64,000 bases of DNA, from assembly GCA_020137815.1 (NCBI GenBank), contig CM035352.1, positions 6,076,001 to 6,140,000 of the forward strand. The letters are read 5' to 3'. Positions 54,301 through 64,000 of this stretch are shown here, in pieces; position 1 is the stretch's first letter, and the number at the start of each line of letters is the position of its first letter. The position numbers were made by a program, and so were the translations under genes. The DNA is from Hormiphora californensis (Eukaryota > Animalia > Ctenophora). The notes under the pieces were generated by a model. The model had not been told where the DNA came from. It saw only the letters and a program-made list of their open reading frames with translations, and made no database searches.

Positions 54301-54645
54301 ATTACTATTCCATGTCTACAGTTGAATCATCTTATAACGACGTTAACATGTCTGTCACCTGGTTAGTAGCTGGGATCACCTGCCCGGCGGCCCGATCTGA
54401 GCGCACTGTGCTGAAAATCAAAACTGGTTCTAGCGACGCCGGACAGTAGATATCTAATTATCACGCCAAGCAGGGATCGACCACTGGATAATTATTCAGT
54501 GGCTAATTTTTAATGTTTCTTCAGTTGGCTCATGGCTTATGGTCCAAGTGAAGGGTCCTCGTACGACCTTACTGTTGTGTTGACCGATGGAGATACTGTA
54601 TTGGAATCAGACCCCCCAATTGTTATTGAAGCTATAACATGTAAG

Positions 54646-54691
<46 letters not shown>

Positions 54692-57600
54692 CCTCCCCTA
54701 TAATAATATTGCCCACCTTTAAATTCTTTGACGCAGATACTGTAAACCTTTGCCAACTAAACCAATATTCTCTCTCAAATGAGGGTCGAAATTACAAAAA
54801 GTCTTTTTAGTATTCGCGTTGGAGCCAATCAATGATATCGTGGCAAGTGGAAATTTAGTGGTGCTTTCCTGTACTGTCAATGACTACAACATTAATAGCG
54901 TTGAATGGAGACAGGTACTAAATGTTTATAGTTTAAAAAGCAGTGAGTAAAACCAACTCAGCTAAGCAATTTATTTGAATCTATAATGCAGCCCAATTGG
55001 TTACAAAGTAACCCGTCTTTGCGCGCTGGCAAGGGAGGGGTAACCTCTTAACCAAGCAGTTGATCACCACACGCAGTACGAGTTTGGTTATCTGGTGGAC
55101 ACAATGACGGGATTCAATGCACCTAATGGAAACCAAGTTGCTAGCAGCCTTACAGTCTATGGAAACGACAACAATGGTACGTATAACAGTCGGACGGTCG
55201 GACCCTGATTGAGGGAAAGGATTAATTGGGTGAAATATTGTTAATTCCTCATGATTTGGAGGTTTTTAAATTTTTAAAAACCTTCAAAAAAGTTCGTCTC
55301 CCTTTTTCTCTTTTAAATTAAAAGAGAAAAAGGGAGACGAACTTTTTTTGAAGTTGTCACTCCCAAATTCACACGTATGCGAAATTTATCAATTCATCAT
55401 CAATTAATCATTAATTAAATTCTGAATTTAATGAGTTCAGAGCTAGAATTCGAGTTCTGCCCGTGTATGTGTGAGATTCCCCATTAAACTGTTGTACAGA
55501 GGGTGTGTGTGTGTGCTGATCACCAGAAGGAGATATCAAAATTACTTCCCCATTAATTAAATTCATTCAGTACGTGCAATGCTTCACCACTCTCCTCTAC
55601 ACGAGAGAAAGGGTCAACACTGACATCGTTGCGAGAGTGCTCAAATTTTCTAATATCAATATGTTTTCAGTTACTGATAAAACGTACGCATGTGTGGCAG
55701 AAATTAGTGCAAATTACACGCTTGGATATCTCACATCGGGGAGTGTCCATTCCCAACAAGTATCCGTCTATATGCCAGGTACACATGTGTTTTATGTTGG
55801 GGTGGGGGTGACAGATATATAGGGGAACGATGAAGTGATCACATGTTACATGTGTTTAACCATGTGCTGCAATTACAGTGACTATAGTCGAATTTTTTAA
55901 TCAAGGGACAGGGGCCGCGCATTTACAAAAGTCTTTTTGCGTGTGCTAAACGTTTTCGCTCATATCTCCTGTTCCTGATAAGATAAAGACTTGGTCTTTG
56001 TTGCGTTGAAAAGGTCTTAAAATTATCTTTCCAACGCTTCCGGGTTCAAGTCTTAAGATTACCAGGAACTTGATCTCGATTATCACGCGCAAATACAAAG
56101 CCGCGCGACCCCTCTGAATGCGCGGCCCCCTGTCCCTTGATTAAAAAATTCGACTATAGTTGTTGAGTTATATTCCTGACAAAATGCTCTCAGCGGCTCT
56201 CAGAGATATTCCCTATCAAATCCTGTTTCTGCCCACTCTCACTATAAACCTCATCTGGATAGTTGATAATAAGTAGCATTATATCTCTATTATAATAAGC
56301 AAATGCGTGGCGTGATGGTGATGATGTAGTATCCACACGTGCAAATGGTGGGGGGTTGCCCTGGGAGGTGGCTTGGGAGGGGTATTGGAGGGGGATACTG
56401 CACGTGCATGTTATTGTTTGTTTGTTGCGTGTTCCTGTGTTGTTCCTGTGGTGTTTTGGGATCTACTGATGGGACCTCCATGATTGCCAAAGCCTTTCTA
56501 CCTACGTACCCCGTTGATTCTCTACACAGCTACACTTCTACGGATCTTTATCGCCTGATTCTACATGTTATTCAGCGGGATTTCCATTGATGTTTATCAC
56601 CAGCGCTCTACCACTACCAAGTACCAACCTCCGTATTCTTTACCCCAACATGGAGAGATGAAGAGTAAGAGGGGGGGGGGGGGGCATAGAGACGGGTGGG
56701 GGGGGTGTTGTAGGACTTAACAATGGGCTTTCTAGTCTCTATTATAATAAGCAAATGCGTGGCGTGATGATGATGGAGTATCCTAGCTTGCAACACTAGC
56801 GTGCAACAATTTGCCCCATTTGCCCGTGCAAATCAAGGGGTTGTTATGGTTGGTGGGCAAGGGTTTGAATACTGCACGTGCATGTTGTTGGTTGTTTGTT
56901 GTGTGTTTCTGCGGTGTTTTGGGATCTACTGTTGCTGCCCCGATGAATGCCAAAGCCTTTCTACCTACATACCCCGTTGATTACTCTACACAGCTACAAT
57001 TCTACGGATGTTTATCACCTAATTCGACACGTTTCAAGCCGACCTCTTCTGATCACCCTTGATGTTCAGAGAGAGAGAGAGAGAGAGAAAAGACAGAGAG
57101 AGAGAGAGAGATGGAGGGAGGGAAAAATAGAGATAGAGAAAGATAGATAGATATCAACGGGGTTCACCCAACGGGGTTCACCCAACAGGGTCAAACCAAC
57201 GGGCTTTCTAGTCTATATTATAAAGTGCAAATGAACGTCGTGGTGAGGAGGAGGATGTCCTATCCACACGTGCAAATAGAGGGGGTTGCCAAGGAGGTGC
57301 CCTGGAAGGGGTATTGGAGGTTGTGGGGGGATACTGCACGTGCATGTTTTTGGTTGTTTGTTGCGTGCTCCTGTGTGGTGTTTCGTGGTGCTTTGGGATC
57401 TACTGCTGGGACCCCCATGATTGTCAAAGCCTTTCTACCATCCCACCCCGTTGATTCTCTACACAGCTACAATTTTACGGATCTTTATCACCTGATTCTA
57501 CATGTAATTCAGCGGGATTTCCCTTGATGTTTATCACCAGCGCTCTACCACTATACTACCAACCTTCGTATTATTTACCCCGACATGGAGAGACGAAGAT

Positions 57601-58938
57601 TGAGAGGGGGGAGACATATAAGAGACGGGTGGGGGTTGTTGTAAGACTACAATGGGCTTTCTAGTACACAAATATGCAGGGACTTCACCAACACACGTCA
57701 CCCACATGCCCCATTATACACAAGCCTGTACGATCATAGGTTATTGATCACCGACCGTTCAACAGTACGGAATTGAGGTGCCATGATCACTAGATTCGTA
57801 CAGAAGATCACGAGTTCAATTAATATATTGTCGTGATCACGTTACCAAAGTAATCGATTATTTTGGTAACGAAATTACCCCTCGTTACTAAGGCATCGCG
57901 GTAAGGCACGTTTTAGCGTACCCGCAAAGTTGATTATGGGATCATATAAATTGTGACATTTCCGTTTTACAGATGAATTGACTCCTCTTGATGTGGCAAC
58001 GTATGGGTACTATGGCACATCGGCCTTGGTCACTTGCAGGACTCTTGGACCAGTAGGAGCTACCGTTAATGTTACTTGGTATGTCTTCCGGGTAGCAGAA
58101 AGGGAATTTGGTAGCTGCCAGTTCCCCCTCTGTAGTCTGTCACGTGTTTAGCCCCCGTTATCTTCTTCTGATCTGCTCCCGTTATAAGAAAATAGCGGGT
58201 GAATAAATGACCCCCCACTATGAAGTCTGTCCTCTGTTTTAGCTGCTAAAGTTTATAATTAATAAATATTAAATAAATGTTTTCAGGTCGAATTGGGATA
58301 GTGGGCCAATCATTGATACTTCTAATGTGAATACCACCTCTACCAGTGTAGCTGCGGGAGTACTCACCACATCTTACTACAATTACACTCTTGCTTCATC
58401 GGTAACTGCATAATTTATTCCGAAGACCAATTAAATTGATTATTCGGCAGTATCTATTATAGTAGAGCACACTTTTCACTGCAAATTTGGAACCAATGGA
58501 CGTCAATCGGCATTGATAAATTCCCGAAGGGCATCCACCCGGATGATCTTTTTAGCACGTGCTATGATACATGCTAGTGCTATGATAAATACCTAATATA
58601 TTTTGGATTTCTCATGAGTTAGTTACCCCAGAGGTACCAATATAAAGTGCTCAATGCTCATAATCATTAACTGCACGTGGATATATACTCATGACGCCCA
58701 ATTTTTTCAGTCCGGAAATGTGTATCTGTATTGCAGCTTTGACTATGATTACGGTTCCGGTGCTACAGTTAACAGTAGTAGTCACGAAGTGGTAGCCACT
58801 GACGGCACGATCACCCTCCAGCCTGCATCCGGAGTTTCTAACGATAGTTATGCTCGTTTCACTGCTACTGAATCTGCTGGTACACTGGCATCGTGGTACA
58901 CTAAGCAAGCATATGAAACATATTTTGAATACCGCACA
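44324..58938 (+). CDS. Partial multi-exon gene for a large extracellular protein (Cys-rich ephrin-receptor-like repeat, sushi-like module, many Ig-like domains)
   Basis: Phase-compatible exons at 44324-44404, 44536-44691 ([18 protein letters not shown]), 44821-45001, 45113-45248 and about 46220-46365. Later exons carry Ig F-strand motifs DDEGDYSC (about 48120), DYSGSYKC (about 49980) and DEGLYRC (about 50740). Start and stop were not located, and later exon bounds are approximate. Confidence 0.8.
45264..45525 (+). repeat. Compound (AG)/(AGAGAC)/(AGAGAGAC)n microsatellite
   Basis: Direct reading; intronic. Confidence 0.95.
46735..47555 (-). repeat. Tandem Helitron-like non-autonomous repeat units; same family at 56290-57665 on the opposite strand
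   Basis: Shared AAAGCCTTTCTACCTACGTACCCCGTTGATTCTCTACACAGCTAC core. Units end in CAATGGGCTTTCTAG|T. Confidence 0.6.
49451..49660 (+). repeat. 20-bp minisatellite (GTAACACTCTTGTTGCCATG)n
   Basis: About 10 copies, intronic. Confidence 0.95.
51513..53146. mobile_element. 1.6-kb near-perfect palindromic (foldback) element, Transib-like
   Basis: Arms of about 810 bp centred near 52330, producing mirror ORFs in the track. Left end CACAG|CACGGTGCACC, right end GGTG|CACAG. Confidence 0.8.
55881..56160. mobile_element. MITE with about 40-bp TIRs
   Basis: ACTATAGTCGAATTTTTTAATCAAGGGACAGGGG ... CCCCTGTCCCTTGATTAAAAAATTCGACTATAGT. Confidence 0.75.
56290..57665 (+). repeat. Three tandem Helitron-like repeat units
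   Basis: Same family as 46735-47555. Each unit ends GGGCTTTCTAGT. Confidence 0.6.
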
Positions 58939-60029
58939 GTAAGTAATTGGAGGACACATATTTACACCTTATTCTCTCCAATGTACCAGTTTTTCGGCTG
59001 TAACTTTTGAACGCCTGCCTCAAACCAAATTTCGTAAAAACCAGGTTGTTCCCCTTGAAAAAACGCAAATTTTGGTGTATACTAACCCTTTTTTGGTCTA
59101 AAACTGTGGCCACAGGAGCTAAACACGTATATTAATATATTTGCAGAGTAGAAATATTTATTGGGCCACAGAAATATTTATTGGGCCACAGAAATATTTA
59201 TTGGGCCACAGAAAGCAGAGTTTTCACTTAAATTACACAAATCTAATACCAATTTGTGGCAAATTGATTGTATTTTATTGGTATAAATTGTCAAGATTGT
59301 AAGAGGTGCACGAAAACGAAAATTGGAATAATGTCTAAACTAATTGTTTGTTACATTACAATCCTTGGTGTCCAATTAAAAGTTTGGTGAAAAGATGACG
59401 TCTCTATGTTGTAGTAACATTAGAAATCAAAAGACATTATTCCAAAGTTCGTTTTTGTGCACCTCTCACTTTCCTAGAACACCTGAAGTACGGGAAAAAG
59501 TCGAAAATTACTAAAAAGAACAGTTTTTGCCCATCTTCTTAGTTAAAAGAAGCAAATGCGTGGTGATGAACTATCCACACGTGCATAGAGGGGGGTGTCA
59601 AGGAGGTGCCATAGCCCCTATACTACGCAACGGGTGATTGAAGGCTGCACGTTTGACGTTCGGGTTGGTGCAGCGGGTGAGAGGGGGATCCTGGGTGAGC
59701 GAGAGTGTGGGGATTCGGGTTAACCCTTTGACGGCGAGAAGGATTGGCTCGATAGAATTGTCTAATTTTTCGTTTATAAGTAGATGTTATCAACACAAAA
59801 CGCCTCGAAAAGGAAATTTGTAATTCCGACATGTAGTTTTTGCTGGGCCCACTGTAGCATATATGATACTATCGCCCGTAAGGGAATTCTAGTAACAAAT
59901 CTAAATTGTACAAGTTTGTGGGTGTTATGGCATAAATTCATGCTTTCATGTGGTATGTAGCTACAAGTTCTACAATCGTGAACGGTTTTTACCAGGAAAA
60001 GAACCCAAATTAGAGATTTGTATCATATA

Positions 60030-61465
60030 TGATACTATCGTCCAAAGGGTAAATTCTCCTAAAACATACATAATTCGGGCTAGAAAAGGAGCTAAGAGAC
60101 AAATGGGGGCACTAAAATGTGTAGAATCATCGCATTAGTGGGGGTAGAGCACATATTTAGGTCGCTATCTGGACCCCTAATTGAGATAATTGCATAATTA
60201 GCTAATTATCTGTCCCGTGCGTGCTAATTATTCATGAAACTTTGCTCTGGGAAGGAGTTATGAGACAAATGGGGGCACTAAAATGTGTAGAATCATTACA
60301 TTAGTGGGGGTAGAGCACATATTTAGGTCGCTATCTGGATCCATAATTGAGATAATTGGATAATTAGCTAATTAGTTGCCCTGGAGCGCTAATAAATGAG
60401 ACTTTGTGGAGTATCCAAGACAAGTAGGGGCACTAAAATGTGTAAAATCATCGCCTTAGTGGAGGTAGAGCACATAGCTGAGTTTCTATTCCAACTCCTA
60501 AATGAGATAATTGGATAATTAGCTAATTGACGGTTGCACACCGTCCACTTTTCACCAAATCCCGTGGTTTCTAGGTAATCCTGAGCTCTTTTGTTGAATC
60601 TAAGGATCTTCTGACATAATAATATCCCTAAACCCCTATAACCGTGTGTCCAAACAATAAATATGGGAAACTGTATAGTAGTACATTAGAGGTTGAACGT
60701 GTTGTAGGAGCAATAGGATATAAAAATTCTATAGGATTGTAGTTGGATCTTGGATGTATGAGAGGTCTAGGATGGAGCAAGAGGGTTCTAAAGAGCTGAA
60801 GGCAGTGTCTAGGGTTGTATCGAGTGCTATAATATTGTGTAAAACGAGTCATAGGTGATACAAATGGGGTTAGGGGTTGTCAGAAGATCCTTAGATTCGA
60901 GCAAAAGAGCTCAGGATTACCTAGAAACCACGGGATTTGGTGAAAAGTGGACGGTGTGCAACCGTCAATTAGCTAATTATCCAATTATCTCAATTAGGAG
61001 TGGGAATAGAAACTCAGCTATGTGCTCTACCCCCGCTAAGGCGATGATTTTACACATTTTAGTGCCCTCACTTGTCTTGTATACTCCGCCTAGTCTCATT
61101 TATTAGCGCTCCAGGGCAACTAATTAGCTAATTATCCAATTATCTCAATTATGGATCCAGATAGCGACCTAAATATGTGCTCTACCCCCACTAATGTAAT
61201 GATTCTACACATTTTAGTGCCCCCATTTGTCTCATAACTCCTTCCCAGAGCAAAGTTTCATGAATAATTAGCACGCACGGGACAGATAATTAGCTAATTA
61301 TGCAATTATCTCAATTAGGGGTCCAGATAGCGACCTAAATATGTGCTCTACCCCCACTAATGCGATGATTCTACACATTTTAGTGCCCTGATTTGTCTCT
61401 TAGCTCCTTTTCTAGCCCGAATTATGTATGTTTTAGGAGAATTTACCCTTAGGACGATAGTATCA
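60030..61465. mobile_element. Foldback element with about 590-bp arms containing about 170-bp tandem subunits
   Basis: TGATACTATCGTCC...GGACGATAGTATCA. The subunit GGGGGCACTAAAATGTGTAGAATCAT recurs three times per arm. Confidence 0.8.
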
Positions 61466-62929
61466 CTGCACTGGCAAGTGCCCCGTGGCCTAATGGGGGT
61501 CTGGGGGCAAAGCCCCCAGCAATGAAAAACCATCCCACCCCTTCTAAGGTCATCCTAGAACATTATAAGATCAAATCTGAAAGGATAAACTCAGGCGCAG
61601 AAAATTTAATTTCGCCCGATTCGGGGCCAGTGCAGTATACCATACGGATGTGACTTTCGCCCTTTTCGAGCGTCTATTTAACCATGTTCCCGACAAGCTA
61701 GCACGCTGAAATTTTGTATGTAAAGCTACCTCAATGATATCTAATAGTGTTTAAAATTTCAAGTGGATCGATGGTTTCGTTCAAAAGTTACGAGGGGGGT
61801 CCCAAACGCTTGCTCTGTATACATACATACATACATACATACATACGCACCACCTTTTTACAAACCAAACTGAGCAAAAACGGCTGGATTTAGAGCTTTT
61901 TGTCCCGGGGAAGACCCCCCATAAATCGACTATTCTACATGTCGTAGGCTATGTAAAATTTTGATTTGAGCATGGGAAGTCATTAATTATGCATAATTTA
62001 TGTATAATTTTATGATTATCTCGGTATTGGTTGTTGTGTTGTGGCCGTGGGCCTGGTTTATTACATGTACAGTGAGCTGTACATGTACATTGTACAAAAT
62101 GTACATTGTACTTGTACAGCTCATATCATGTGACATGATATATGTGTATTATTAATATCGATGTGGTTCAAGGCAGGAACCGACCGAAACAAGTAAAACC
62201 ACATCAGAACTCGTTATTTAAGTCACGTGACTGGTTATCGCCCATCAGGGACCATTATTTCCTGATTCGGTCGGTTCCTGTTTCGGGCTTCAGTCACGAT
62301 TTGAGGTAGATAAATTAAATATAAAAGACTGTGTTATTCTACTATATGATAAACTCAGAATGATGATAATGAACTACATTAACCGTAGTATTATGCACCG
62401 TTGGGCTATTAAACAGTAATCACGACATATTAATTAACCTCAGAATGATATACCTCTCGAAGGCTCACGGATGAGCTGTTGGTGAAGATGGTGCCGTCAC
62501 TAAGGTAGCATTACATAGTATGTCTGTCGTCCAGTATATAGGAGGCTTTTGGAATCCTCAGAGACATCACCTGCAGTAGTGTGGCAGTTATTAATAACAG
62601 CTGCATCAATACATTTATAATTATTTCTTTTAACACTGAATTTTCAAAGGGGGGGGGTACTTTGGGGGTGACAGCTCTGCAGTACATTGGTACGGGGTTC
62701 CTGGTTCAGTATACCTGGGTGTATCGAGACCAGATAAACAATTGCACTTCGGTTTTCATTCCCGAGAGTCGCGAGAGCACCGTATGAATCATACCTATAA
62801 AAGTTACAGATAACCACTTTTATGTTTTTCACCAGCTCCCATCTTTGTAAAGGAAGGGGTTCGCAAAAGGCCACCTAGCTTGTCAACACTTTTCTATATT
62901 ATTTTATATAATAATAATTATATAAGATA

Positions 62930-63799
62930 CCGTGTGCGGCAAAAAAAGCCCCCCCCCCCCCCCTAGACCACCATAGTTGCCGATGTGGTGGAGAGCTGTA
63001 CTTGGCAGGGTTCCTCCACTATGTCTATCTTGATCCTGACAGAAAATCAGAGCTCTAGCTCAAAATTCATTTTTTTGATAGGAATGAACATTGTCATTCA
63101 TTCCAAGAAAAAAATATTTTCGGTCCAGAATTCAAGCAATATCTTTGGCCATCGATTAGCTTTCCAATGTGACCAAGATCATCTAAATTGGGCAACCACA
63201 AGAGACACAGTGTCATGTTTCTTAAAGTTAGTCAGGTCATGTGATCTTCACCGAATCGTTGATTATCCGGGATGGCTAATCGAGCCAATGGGCAGAGGAA
63301 TCTCGTATCACGGCCGCTAATGAGGTTGTGTACCAATACAGGGTAATGTGATTCGAGGAAGAGGACATTTATCAAAGAGCTACAGATCTCATGACCAATC
63401 AGCATCGTCATCCCTCATTAGTAGCCGTGATACGTGATTCTCTACCACTTAGACCGATTCGTAATACTGAACACTCAACGATTCGTGAAGATCACATGAC
63501 CTGTTAAATTTAAGAAAGATGACACTGTGTCTCTTGTGGTTGCCCAATTTAGATGATCTTGGTCACATTGGAAAGCTATCGATGGCCAAAGATAATTGCT
63601 GAATTCTGGACCGAAAATATTTTTTTCTTGGAATGAATGACAATGTTCATTCCTACAAAAAAATGAATTTTGAGCTAGAGCTCTGATTTTTCTGTCAGGA
63701 TCAAGATGACATAGTGGAGCAACCCTGCCAAGTTACAGCTCTCCACCACATCGGCAACTATGGTGGTCTAGGGGGGGGGCTTTTTTTTGCCGCACACGG
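62930..63799. mobile_element. Palindromic TA-TSD MITE
   Basis: TA|CCGTGTGCGGCAAAAAAAGCCCC ... GGGGCTTTTTTTTGCCGCACACGG|TA. Confidence 0.82.
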
Positions 63800-64000
63800 T
63801 ATATAGAGCTCATATATTATATCCGGATCTATTAGCCCTCTGCTATGGGTAATCTTGTTACCAATGGATGGCCCCATGATTACTAGATAACTATTGATTG
63901 TTAATTACCATGCAAAGGAATCTGCTCGTTCTCCCACAAATGTACAATTCATCTCGATAAAGAGCCCGCTTCTCCAATAATACGGGGGTATCACTCCATA

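Overview
Repeat-rich eukaryotic (animal, probably marine invertebrate) genomic DNA. The centrepiece is a full-length 16.6-kb Polinton/Maverick endogenous virus (25350-41923) with AG...CT termini, long TIRs and a 6-bp TSD GGCTAT. It carries a chromo-integrase, packaging ATPase, major and minor capsid proteins, an adenain protease and a type I membrane glycoprotein. Its protein-primed DNA polymerase B looks shattered in the ORF track, but by hand it reassembles into one stop-free 1219-codon ORF of 16 exons and 15 GT-AG introns. The divergent neighbouring gene is also spliced, whereas the integrase and virion genes are intronless. The window also holds three tandem two-exon genes for small secreted 6-Cys proteins (WSC-like), a CR1-type LINE split by a DNA transposon, an ORF1-only retroposon, a tRNA-derived SINE, many nested MITEs and foldback elements, and part of a large multi-exon Ig-domain gene (from 44.3 kb). 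All calls come from manual reading; no searches were run.
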